Shown here piece by piece: positions 12,170 through 24,200 of a DNA stretch of 64,000 bases. The DNA comes from Schizochytrium sp. TIO01. Its lineage: Eukaryota > Protista > Bigyra: Labyrinthulomycetes. The number at the start of each line of letters is the position of its first letter. Positions within the stretch are counted from its first letter, which is position 1. The notes beneath the pieces were generated by a model. That model made no database searches. It was given only the letters and a program-made list of their open reading frames with translations, and was not told where the DNA came from. The stretch is from positions 759,859 to 823,858 of the forward strand of contig SMSO01000006.1 of NCBI GenBank assembly GCA_004764695.1, given 5' to 3'. The position numbers and the translations under genes are program-made.

Positions 12170-13316
12170 CCTGGCTCACGAGTCTGGAGCGAGAAGTGAA
12201 AGTACTTAACCGGGCACGAGCAGCGAGCTAAACTCCTTCCGGGCGGTCTGAAGCACAGCTTAAACAGCAGATGTCCGTCAACGTAAACGCGATCAAGATT
12301 TGCTGCTGCCAGCTCAAGAACAAAAACCCATTGATTTTCTATTGTTTGATTAATTAATACATCTTTTGAAGTATGTGCATTACTATTATTATTTGCAAAA
12401 GGTACTAACGAGTTTATTAGTACCTAGCATTTCTTGGAGATCACATCGACCTTGTACAGAGGGCTTTGGTCATGCACTGAGCATGTGAGACATCTTTGCA
12501 TGGTAACTACAGAGCAAAAATGTTTGGAAACACTGCACAGAGGTAGCTTGACCAGGTGGTACATGTAAATATGACACGTTATAGTAGCAGTACCTACCTG
12601 ATAAATACCATACTAATTTAGCGCACACACGTTTCGTGGAGAGCCCAAGAAAAGCTGTTTTCCATTTTCGTGACGATTTGTTTTGTATTATAAGAGATAA
12701 CAAGCCAAAAAACGTTGTCCACACTGGTCTCAGAATTTTGAAGAGGCAGCTGAGACCACAGGTCTCTATGAATGTAGTCTGCTTGCGTAATTCTACATGC
12801 AGATTTCCGATTTCCTAAGCTCTGCCATCTAACATTACGTCTGGTATTGATTAGTATCTCTGGAAAGCTTCACGTCAATAGGTATTTCTTTATCATCTTC
12901 TCATGAATGATTGAATTCGTACGATTTCAAGTTTTGAGATGCCTTTTAAACCAACTCAATCATCCTGCTATTGCTCCGCTCGATTCGCGTGCCGCAAATT
13001 GAGTTAAAGATTTTTTACCTTTGCATGAAAACGTTGCAGTATATGCCCCGCCAATTTGATGATTGCTCTGTTTACTCAAGCATTCATTTCTGGTTACTAT
13101 GGATGGGTTTGTCGTTGTTCTCGCCGCAGAATTGAGCCTTATTCACCATCATCTACAGTCCTAGGTTCCGAGAGTATGTATCGCGATAGTGCAAGAAGAA
13201 TAGTAGTCTTTAAGATGTAAGTAGAACAAACGGCCGATAGTCTACTTGTGGAGCGCACCGCCAACAGTATTATTTAATTAAAATAATGATATTTCAAGGT
13301 TAAAAAATATATGAAC

Positions 13317-13365
13317 GATCGATCGAATCAGATCAAATCATATCAGATCAGATCAGATTAAGATT
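13317..13365. repeat. Degenerate (ATCAG)n pentamer tract upstream of the ANK-WD40 gene
   Basis: gatcgatcgaatcagatcaaatcatatcagatcagatcagattaagatt. Confidence 0.8.
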
Positions 13366-13503
13366 GAGCAAAGTAAACTCGCACTAACGCCAGCTCAAAG
13401 GCAGGCGGGGCGAGCTCGAAGAGAGCCAAAGCAGAGTGGAAGGAAACACCTCTGTCACTGTCTTGCTCTTTGTTTTGGCGCTGTGAGCGCAGCAGGGCCA
13501 GCC

Positions 13504-16500
13504 ATGGCGCTACTTTTCGCCGCGGAGATCGGCGACCTGGAGCAGGTCAAGTCGCTTGTGCTCTCTTGCGAAGATAGGTTTGGCGCCCTGGTAGCCGCAG
13601 GGAAACCAGGTGCAACACAGATTAACGGCAGCAAGTCAAGTAGTGGCAAGTCAAACGCAGCAAAGCCCAACTTCCTCAAATCTAGTGACCCTGATTTTGT
13701 CAAGAACGACGAAATAAACAACTCTGCAAATAACGCAAAAAATGGCGAAGTTTCTGAGACTTCAAGGAACGAAATTGACACTGAAATAAAGTCGAAAAGC
13801 AACGGAAAACATTTGGATTCTGGAGACCTCAAACCCGATCCCAAGTTAGATTTGTCAGCGCCGGGCTCATCAAATGGAAATAGCGGTACTGCAAACGCGA
13901 GTGCCACTCCAAGGTCGGGTGCAAAGACCTTTGAGGAGGCAAAACTCGAGCTTGTAAATGCAAAGGAGTCCAAACGAGGTCGCACCGCTCTTATCGCAGC
14001 TGTCGGGCGTGGCCACTTTGCAGTATCTGACTTCCTACTAAGCGTCGGCGCTGACCCAACGGCGCAGGACCGTGAGGGCGTTGATGTGCTAATGCTCGCT
14101 AGTATGCTCCACGGGAAAAGGGCCTTCCACTCAGACCTTACGCAACTTTTGCTCAAGCATGGTGCTGATGTTGAGCTTGTGGATAGGCGCTCACAATCAG
14201 CTTTGCACTATGCCGCTAAACGTGGCTGTCTCGGCATTGTCAAGTTGCTTCTAGGGCAGATGAATGGCGATCGGAGGGACCTTGCGAGCCGCAAAGATAT
14301 TAAAGGTCGCACACCGCTCATGGTTGCCGCAGGGCGAGGGCATGTAGGGCTCGTGCGTATACTCTGTGCTCATGGTGTAGACGCAAACCTCGTTGATACC
14401 GCAGGATGTTCTGCGCTGCACTATGCTGCACGAGCAGGGCGAGAGGAGATGGTCGAAGCTCTGCTGGCTCATGGCGCACAGGTTATGGCACGCGACACAC
14501 ACCAATTGAGTAGCCTGCAGATTGCTGCCGCGCTTGGGCATGTTAACTTTGTGAAGGAACTTCTTGTGCGGGGAGCGATCATGGAACCGTGGTCGGAGGA
14601 TGCTAATCACGGAGGAGTGGAGACTCCTGAGAAGAATCACAGGTCTGCAATTCTGCTGGCAGCAACGAATGGAAATATGGTAACCCTGCATGTGCTGCTA
14701 AGCCATCGTTTAGCGGCTGCATCGAATGCTGGGGCAGGGTCGCCACAACAGACTTCTCTTGCTGCCGAAATTGCAGAAGCGAAACGCATGGCAGCACTGT
14801 CTTGTCACGATGATGTTGTTCGATTCCTTACGTTTTGTTCGAGCTTACAGCTACCACAAGATGCTTTAAAGATTCGCTTCCGCGAACTTTGTTCGTGCGC
14901 AATGTGTATAAAATTCTACCTTACGCCAGGAGGTAATCTGGGCGACGACCTTCCTGATTCTGCTGATGCAAGTGCCGTACACGGATCAATTGACACAAAA
15001 TTCAACATAGATCCAACAGCGGCAGACATTATTGCAAGTATGCCATCCCCGTCACTATCTTCGTTGCAAGGCGCTGACACACATGACATGTGCAACCCTG
15101 TGTCAGGAAATGCAAGTGGCCTACTTGGTCAAGGCTCTGCCCTCGGGGGAGCAGACTTGGCGTCTGCACACCGAAAACACTCTCTAGATGCAATGTCTGC
15201 TGTAGAGCTGAACGCAATGCAAGCTCGAGCTCGAAGCCGCAGTTCAAGCCTTACTGCGCAGAATATTGGTGACATCCGGGCAGCAGCGGCAGGAGTCGTA
15301 CCTGATGCTTCGGCTCCTATTGGTCTCCTCGAAGTCGCATCACAACGATCAGCCAGGGCAACCACAATCTCCAATGTGGGCTCTCTTCGGCAACACGACA
15401 GAGAGGATGGTGAGCGCGGACACCGCGCTGTAGTAACACGAAAGCTTGAGCGCATGTATGATCCTCACCAGGTTTTTGATCCTGAAGACCCGCGAGTGAA
15501 GAATGACATATTACGCATGATTGGCATGTATTTGCAAGAGGAAGACCTCATTGCCTCCGCAGTAACTCTGCAAGATGAAGCACAAATCAAGTTGCAAAAA
15601 CGTAACGAAATGAACGAGCGCTCGCAGCATGTTTATAGCCTGATTTCAAATGGAGACTGGCCTGCTATTCGGGAGGTTTCCCTAAAGGGCCTTCTCGGAC
15701 GAAACCATCGCCGCTTCCTCTACGCATTATATAGGCAAGAATACCTTGAGCTCGTTTCTCGGGGCGAGAATGAACGTGCGTTCTCATTTTTGTCAAAGCG
15801 CCTAAAACCATTGGAGGCACAAGGCAAGTCTGAAGCAAATAGCAATGAATTTCGCGACCTGTGCTACTTATTAACATGCAAGTCAGTTCATGATGCCTCT
15901 GCTTTTCGTGACTGGGATGTTGCTACGGCCAGAGATAAACTAGCAGAAGATTTTGAGTCTATGGTCACTACCCAATTCAACAGTGACGAGGCTGCGCTTG
16001 TGTCAAGGCAAGCTTACGTAGCAAAACATCGCCTTGTATACATGTTACAGCAAGCTGTGGCTTACCAGCTCGAATTTTCCTCCGATTCTGGACCGAGTGT
16101 CACGCCAAAGATTGAAACCTTACTGGAAGACTTTGAGCGCGTTGCGGTTCCAGAGACACTTACCAATACATTTGTAGGCCACACACACAATGTTAAATGT
16201 GTCAAGTTCCTTGGCCGTGAAGGCCGTCTCATCGCTTCAGGATCCAGTGATCGTACCATCATGCTTTGGCGAGTGCGAGATGAAACTCTGGATGGAAGTG
16301 ATGCAGAAGATGATGATGAAGATGAAGATGATTTGATGGACGAAGAGTATGCGGAAGCATCCACTGATAAACCGTCTGCTCAGCTTCAAGATGGTGTCAA
16401 TGGCCACACTCTGCGCCAGTATCGCCAACGCGGCCCTGAGCTTGTTATTCGGGGTCATAAATCTCGTATTTGGGATATGACGTCTGATCAAAGCGGTCGT

Positions 16501-17396
16501 TTCCTTGTCAGTGCATCAGGCGACAGCACTGTGCGTATGTGGGATGTATGGGCATGTATGGAGGATATTGGCCTCGAGGCTCCCGGCGAAGCGTATATGT
16601 CAAATGGCATTAGCTCAGAGTATGTACACACTGCCTCCTCTTCTTCATGGAACTCTCCCTTGCGCAATCGCAACCGTACCAGGTTGTATCAAACTACTTC
16701 AGAACCCTTGGGAGGTTGCATGAACAGTCGAACAAAGACCACTTTATTGAAACTGGACATGAGGGTGATATCTACACAGTGGCTATGCAAAACGATCAGG
16801 AACATATTGCTACTGCTGGGTATGATAAAACGGTTCGTCTTGTTAATGTACGCACCAATCAGCTCGTCAGAACCTTTCAAGGCCACGGTGCTGCAGTCTC
16901 GCAAGTTTGCTTTAATCCGCTCGGTAACCTCGTGGTCAGCGTTTCAAAGGATGCCAGTATTAAGTTCTGGGACACAATCAGTGGTGTATGTGTTCGAACC
17001 TTTTACCAGCCAGTTGGAGAAGTCACCTCTGTAGATGTGTCTCGTGACGGTTTGCAACTGTTGACAAGTTCTAAGGATAGTTCTATTCGCCTTTGGGATG
17101 TGCGCATGGGCAAATCCATCCGAAAATTCCGAGGCTACCAGAACAGCTCTCTCAACTTCGTACGCTCTTGTTTTGGTCCTCGTGAGTCTCTGGTCTTCTC
17201 TGGCTCCGAGGATGCGAAGGTACATGTATGGGATATGGAAACTGGGGCTTTATTAGCCAAGCTTAGAGGTCACAATGGACCTGTCTTTCATGCCGCATGG
17301 AACTCTTCACAAGATACTTTGGCGACATGCAGTGAAGATGGTACCGTGCGAACATGGAAAAACACCCGCGAAAATGCCGCTCCATTAGGATTTTAA
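13504..17396 (+). CDS. Ankyrin-repeat + LisH/CTLH(-CRA) + WD40 protein (C-terminal half WDR47/TOPLESS-like); frame switch near 16620-16755
   Basis: Ankyrin repeats (GRTALIAAVGRGH, GRTPLMVAAGRGH, SALHYAARAG); LisH (ILRMIGMYLQEEDL); CTLH (LYRQEYLELV...LCYLLT); WD40s (GHTHNVKCVKF, GHKSRIWD) continuing in a second frame (GHEGDIYTV, GHGAAVSQVCF, GHNGPVF). Confidence 0.88.
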
Positions 17397-17818
17397 AATA
17401 TACCTTAAGCGAACGCTTGGTCACTTCTGCTAATACCAGCTGAACTTTTATTTTGGAGAAACCTTTGCGAATAGATGTTACTTGTTTTAAAGATAACTCT
17501 AACGAGTAGAGTATCTGTATTTGAGGGAACAAGATAAAATGTTGAGGCAAGTGTTGAAAATTTTCGGGGGATTTGGGTGTCTAAACTTTAACTAAGGAGT
17601 CTCTTACGCGAAGAAGAAAACGCCAAAATATGCATAACTAATTACATCACTATTTTAATTGCTCATTTCACTGACCTAAATACCCACTTTATACCCTACC
17701 TAAATTTATCTGTTCATCAATCATACAGTAGGTATATTATTAGCAAATGAGGGAAATCTGTGCAAGTTGGCTCTGGAACTTTATAAACTCTTGTGACCGA
17801 AGTCGCTGGAATTAGGGT

Positions 17819-20167
17819 TTAAAGCTCTGGTGTTTTTACACGTGTTTCTGCTAGCCAGCGCTCTTTCTCACTACGTTCCCATTTTTGCTTATCCGAAGAA
17901 GTAGATGCTACAGCTTGAACACGGGGACTTGGACTTGCTGTTGGAGCCCCGCTCGATGGTCGGCTTGGAACTCGTGATAAACCATCCTCTGCCCAAGCTT
18001 CCTGAGCGTCTGTTGTGCTGTCGTCTCCTGGCTTATTCGCTGCAGCTGATTTAGATAATGATGCAATATCCTTTGTTTGTTGCATTGGTGGTAGCATGGT
18101 AGTGATTACAGGCCTCTCTGCAAGATCCATTTTCTCTCGTGCTTGACCCGCTCCCGAAATGAGAAAGACACGTAATTCTTCAAAAGCAACTCGCAAAGAC
18201 TGGATCTCTTGCTCTTGATGCGACACCATCGCTCGTAAACTTTCTTTCTCCTTAGTGACAGCCGAAGAGCCATTTGTAGCCTCACGAAGCTGCTCAATCA
18301 GCTTACCCTGCTGCGTCAGCTGCTGTTGTAATTTATCTAATTTTGCTGAGTTTGTGCGTGACGGCCCAGGTTCTTGTTCAGGCGACTGGCCAATAGTTAC
18401 GGGTACTCTAATTGGAATAGGTTCTCCTTCACTTGCAGGACTCCTTGACACCTGATCATGAACCACGCGGAAAAGATCTTGAATATGCTCTCGATTCTCT
18501 ACAACAGTTTGGTTATCAGCCTTGTTTGTTAGTTCTTGGTCTAAATCAATAAGTTTTGCGACGATTTGATTCAATTTCTTGACAATCGGCTCTACAGCCT
18601 CTGCAACTTGGGTTTTTGATGCATACACGTTATCAATCTCTGCTTCAATCTGCTCCCAGTCCTCTGTGGAGAGCTTCTTATTCATCTCATCTGCAATTTC
18701 TTGCAACATCGTTGCATGTTCATCAATCGTTCGAGCATTCAATGAGACACTATCACTAAGAGCTTCGGTTTGATCTGAAAGACGCGCACCAGTAGCATCT
18801 ACTGCAGATAACCGTGCAGTCAAATCCGCGAGCGACTCTGCAGTAACACTATCTCGACGTGAAACCACCCCCCTGGAGTCGACTTTCTGTACATTCGAAT
18901 CAAGGTCCTGCACACGCTTCACTAGGTCATCCAGCGCACGCCTTGTTGAATTGGCTGTGCCACTTGCATCTTTTGCGGTATTCAATGCCTCTTCGGATAT
19001 TTTTTGAGCTTTGATTACGCTTTTATGTTGGTCAAGATTTGCAACTGAGGCTTTTATAGAGCCTATTTGTGCTGCCAGGGTGTCTTGCATAGCAGTCATT
19101 TGTTGCTCGCTTTTCCGATTAGTAAATCCATTCTCAAGTACTGCCCGAATTCCATCTAGATCATGTTTTGTAGCACACTTCTCAACTTGCTGCTCGAGGG
19201 TGTTAAAGCTCTCTTTGGTTGCGTATGCATCTAGCTGAGAGCGAAGTGAACGCAAATCATCCACTGTCGCTCGTTGGCCAATTTGGCGCTGCATATCATC
19301 GAGCGCCTTCACAAGAGTTTTATGTGTGGCCTCGACGTTAATGATTGAGCTTTCTAGTGAACCGACCGAGGCCACTACATTGGTAATTTCTCCGTTTAAT
19401 TTTGCCATTTCCACACGCTGAGTTCGCTCAGCATCATCAATAAGACTGCTGATCTTTTTAGCAAGTAAATTCATCCGATCAGTACTTTCTGCAACCTGCT
19501 CTGCAGTAATGTAATCAGCTGGAAACCGATCGATCAATTTCTCTACTCGATCCAGACGTGTCGCATGTTGATCAATGCGTGTAGATGTACGTCGCAAACA
19601 TCCAGAAAGGCGGCTTGTATCAATCAAATCGTGTGCCGCAATATTTTCTATTGCGAAATCATTTGTTGGTGACCCAGGTCCAACAAAATGGAAAGCGGGC
19701 TCTTTCATATCAGCTTGGCTTCTATTCGGTTCACCGAGAGCATTGTTTTTATTTTCATGGATACTCCTTTGTGAACTGGAGGCAGATGCAGTAGTGAGTA
19801 TTGGCCCTGAGCTCGCAAGACTGCTTCCTCGACTCATAGACGCATGCTTCAAGGGCGGGTCAGAGTCACTGTTTCTTCTCACACGGATTTCGGTATCCTC
19901 TTCATCATCATAATCTTCGTCTATTTTCTCATCAGCTGCATCTGATCGGGCACGAGATCCTTTGCCTGCACTAATACTGCGCCCACGTTTGCTTAATGAC
20001 TTATATTTGCTGCTCGCACCTATATTATAATATCTAGCACGCTCAGCAGCTTCAGCAGCAGCTGTATCGTCCGGAAGTGAAACTCGTTTTTCTGCATTTG
20101 GTTCAAGATTATCCTCGCTAAGAATCTTATCCGGAATATCACCTTCCTTGCTCATTTCGCGCACCAT
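17819..20167 (-). CDS. Long coiled-coil protein, function unknown (782 aa)
   Basis: Uninterrupted ORF; heptad-rich centre, disordered termini. Confidence 0.8.
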   Translation of the reverse strand: MVREMSKEGDIPDKILSEDNLEPNAEKRVSLPDDTAAAEAAERARYYNIGASSKYKSLSKRGRSISAGKGSRARSDAADEKIDEDYDDEEDTEIRVRRNSDSDPPLKHASMSRGSSLASSGPILTTASASSSQRSIHENKNNALGEPNRSQADMKEPAFHFVGPGSPTNDFAIENIAAHDLIDTSRLSGCLRRTSTRIDQHATRLDRVEKLIDRFPADYITAEQVAESTDRMNLLAKKISSLIDDAERTQRVEMAKLNGEITNVVASVGSLESSIINVEATHKTLVKALDDMQRQIGQRATVDDLRSLRSQLDAYATKESFNTLEQQVEKCATKHDLDGIRAVLENGFTNRKSEQQMTAMQDTLAAQIGSIKASVANLDQHKSVIKAQKISEEALNTAKDASGTANSTRRALDDLVKRVQDLDSNVQKVDSRGVVSRRDSVTAESLADLTARLSAVDATGARLSDQTEALSDSVSLNARTIDEHATMLQEIADEMNKKLSTEDWEQIEAEIDNVYASKTQVAEAVEPIVKKLNQIVAKLIDLDQELTNKADNQTVVENREHIQDLFRVVHDQVSRSPASEGEPIPIRVPVTIGQSPEQEPGPSRTNSAKLDKLQQQLTQQGKLIEQLREATNGSSAVTKEKESLRAMVSHQEQEIQSLRVAFEELRVFLISGAGQAREKMDLAERPVITTMLPPMQQTKDIASLSKSAAANKPGDDSTTDAQEAWAEDGLSRVPSRPSSGAPTASPSPRVQAVASTSSDKQKWERSEKERWLAETRVKTPEL

Positions 20168-21299
20168 ACGTTGCCGCGAAACACCTGATGTTGTGCTTCG
20201 CGCGGCCGGAAGCGCGAGCAGAAAGAGTGTTGTCTCAATTGGTTCCTTTTGTCGTCAACGATGGCCACAATTGATGACGTACCCAAGGGTAGATAGATTC
20301 CCAAAGCAAAGTAAAGGTACACACTCACTCTAGGACTAGTTTGAGGATATCCGTTGTTTTGTAATTTTTTTAATTAAACAATTAAATTAAAAAATTAAAA
20401 TAAAAAACTTTAAAATAAAAAACTAAAACAAAAAACTTATGAACCTGTTAATTGAAACCCCTCGTCTTCGTGACATTTTTCAGCCTAGCTCCTGACGTGT
20501 TGGTACCTACTGATATGAATAAATTAAAGTTTACGGTGATCCCATAAGATTGACTTCGTAGTTTGATTATTTCCCGCCATTGAAATGACGTTATTATCCA
20601 CCAGCAAGCTACAATCCACTAGTAAAAGTCTTGATGCGGAACGCTTGAGCAAGTTCCTACTTGCATGGTTCCATCCCTACTTTTGCGCTCCTAAATTCCA
20701 AGGCACTTGGAGTACGGAGTATTGCCTCTATCTCAGGTGCGTTATTCTCGCATACCTAAAATGAGGAGCCGCAGCCTAGTTCCTCTACAGTTATATTATA
20801 TTACGAGTTTTATTCAACTTGAGAATAAAAAGAAATTTTCGCCAATCAAAACATTGAAGTAATGAGTTTGTTTTGCCTTGTTTTTCACTTTAAAAAGGGG
20901 AAATCACCTATACTTCGAATAAATCAATGTAAAATCAAGAAATCGAAGGCGCTTGATTACGTAGTTCAGAAAGCATTGCCATCTATACCCAACGTTAGGG
21001 AAATAAAAATGAGTTCTTTATCAAGAGCTTCGGTGCAATTCTAGTGCTTTATGATCTTATTTTAACCAGTCTAATTAGATTTGTATTATTAGTAAAGTCT
21101 TACTCATTCATATACATATACATATTCAACTTTTAAATAATACGACCACAGAAGAGCCACTACCTTACATTTAGAGATTTCGTTTCTAAAACCTAACTCA
21201 CAAACGACCAGGATCAAGAGGAGAAAAATGTATGAACAAATCTTGGACATAGTGGTGAGAAACAAGCTTATAAGGCCGACCTTACTGAAATAAGTTAAC

Positions 21300-24200
21300 C
21301 TATGGTTTCGACTCCACTTTTACGACGTCAAGGTATGTAGCAATCGTCTCTGAAATTGCAATATCTAGAGGGCAAAAGTCGCTGAGATCGTACCTACCCT
21401 TGATGTCATTTTTAAGATGGTTGAAGAAGTCCCCAGAAGATACATAGTCCAAATAATTATGTAGAAGCAAATCGTCATCGCACTTTTGTTGAAAAGATTG
21501 ACGTAAAAGCATACAAGGGAGCCGCACGGCTTGTAAGCACCGAAGCTGCTCGAGCGAATCGCCCAACGAAAAGTCTCGGTTGCCTCCACCTAAACCAAGT
21601 CGACCATAAATTCTTAAAGCCACACGACGCTCAAATTGGTTTTCTGGCCTATCCTCATAATCCCAGTTACTAGTTTCGGAAACGTGGCGAAGCCAGAATC
21701 GGTCTTCAAGAAACAGCTCAGCAGTTGCAGAGGCAGTAGGTGAATATTGTTTGCTGACCAGCTCGATTAACTTGTTAAGCTTGTAGTGCAACTGCACAAT
21801 TGGAGCACCTTGATACCCAGACCAACGGCTAAGGACAGTGAAATCGTTGACACATTCTCGAAAGCTAACCTTTTCTTCAGCTGCGAAAAAAAGCTGTGAG
21901 ATTCCAAGCCTACCAATAAAACGGTAGAAATCAAGGGCATCGTCAAGGTGCCATTTACTCAACAGTGCATCTGTTGGTAAATAAAATGCGTCAGCGAGGC
22001 GGCAAAATGCCTCAAGGAAGCCAGTATAAGTTAGCGTAACGTTGTGCTCCCAGTCTTGTGCAACATCCTCAACCTCAAAAATCGATTGCTTGAAAATCAT
22101 GGCTGCCTCGCGTAACTCAAGACGAGGCGAAAGGACACCAATTGCGTCCACAACCTCGCACCATTCCGGCAGAGTCATTCGACGACCCGACAAGCCTCCC
22201 CAGCTACGCGAGTCTGTCATAGTTCCAGCGAACTTGCTAAAGAGCTGTTGAAGCTGTGGTTCACTATCTTTTAAGATCTCATTGATGCGAACTTTGTAGA
22301 GGCGAGTTCGGCGATAATCATCTGCATCGATTTGTTTTTCTGACTTGATCAGAGGTTCCAAATTTTCTGTAAAAAGTCTGCTCAAAGCAATTACCATACT
22401 TTTGTTTGTCGTTGTGTTGTCTTCTTTGAAATATTTAGCATCGGCGGACCGAACAATTAATTCGAGAAAGCCAAAACGGTGCACAGCACGAAAACGACCG
22501 AAATTGTAGGCCTTGCATCGCTTCATGCACAGTCTCTGATTGCGAGTGAGATCTTTGCGCTGAATACCACGAGCAAAAATGTTTCCGGAAAGTCTTTTAA
22601 GGCCTTCTTTAGAAAGAATCGAACTTTGCACACGACTCAAAATTTGGATATCCTTTGTAAATTGCAGAATTCCCTCAATAGGGATACAGTCAAGAAACCG
22701 TACGTCAGGGAGGCATTCACCTTCAACATCAGGTGGATTTTGGCAGAATCCTGTTCCGCGAACCATACTAGCACCAGAATAAAAGCGATAGATTGCGCAT
22801 ACTGTACCGTAGTTTTCTTTGAGAAATGCTTTTATTTTTGCGAGCATTGCAGGTACATTCGCATCCATCTTACCCTTGTCTGTACTATCACGAACTGCAA
22901 TGCTTTGAATGTACGAATTGAATCCATTGCGCTGCATCAAAAGGGACCAATCCTTTTCAAAGGCGCGGTTGCAGGATTCATCAACACACGAAAAGAATGA
23001 ACGACTGTCAGACTCGAGCTTTCGCGTATGAAACACGGTATCAATCTCAATGCTTAAAAAATTTTGAAGTGAGGACCGATGCGAGTTCATGTGAAGTACA
23101 GATTGGAGCTTTTGAATGCTCATCGTTCGTAGTTTCCGCAGTGGCAAACGCTTATGAACCATGAGTGGGAAATCTGTGTTTTGAGATAACTCAACGTCAA
23201 CTTTCTCGTAACCTTCAGGGTGCGGGGCCTGGACTTTCTTAGGAAGAAGCTCAAAATCGACAAGCTGAGATACTTCAAGCGCCCGATATGCAGGGTTGTC
23301 ATACTGCAAATAGCAGAGGTCCCCATCAAACAGACTTACTGGTGGTCGTGGTACCCCAAATACCTCATCAAGATCGCTCGAGGCGCTCTGCATGGAGATT
23401 TGTGATCCACCAGACTTGTATAGGAAAACCGTATTTTGGTTACTGAGATCAGGCCCAACAATAATATGAGGTTTCATGTTCATTTGAAGATAGACCACCG
23501 CACCATCAATGTGTGGAAACAATGAAAGCTGACACATTCCCATAATGTCTCGCTCCTCGCGCGTGAGCGGCATTGTTGAGGTCTTCTTGTTCTTGAAAAG
23601 CATTCGATCATGAGGAAATTGATTTTTGACCGTGACTGTGCAAACCTCGCCATCACTTCGAATGCTGGATATTTGAGGATTCCAAGGATCTGTTTTTGTA
23701 TCCAGATCTGAAGTATTAGACTGCTTCCAAAGTTTTGCTCTAGATTCTCGCATGCCTTGTAAAAACATGCTGCCTCTATTGTGATTAGGAGATCTCGCAG
23801 GTGACCCTGGAGACTTTGAATGAACCTGTTTTGCAACAATCTGAGGAATAAACATCTTTTGTGCTGATGGGTCTTTGCTTTCATCCATGTTTTGAGAAAG
23901 ATGCTCAATTTCTCTCTCGTCAGGGTTTTCATCACTTGTTTCTGCGACCTTTGTGTTGAGTTTAAGAAACCACTCCATAAAAGCGCGTTTCTCACGATCC
24001 AAGATTTGAGACTTTGGTCCATCTGAAAGCGCTGCACTTACACTACCCAGTGGATCATTTGTGATGCCGTCGCTTCCAAGCTTTGTTTTGAGAAGTCCTT
24101 TATCAAAATGTAAGTGCATAGCTTGTCTTGCTTGTAATTCCAGCTCATAGAGTTGAGCCCGATTATTGGGGTGTGCTGCCCATCGAGAAAGGAGGGACTT

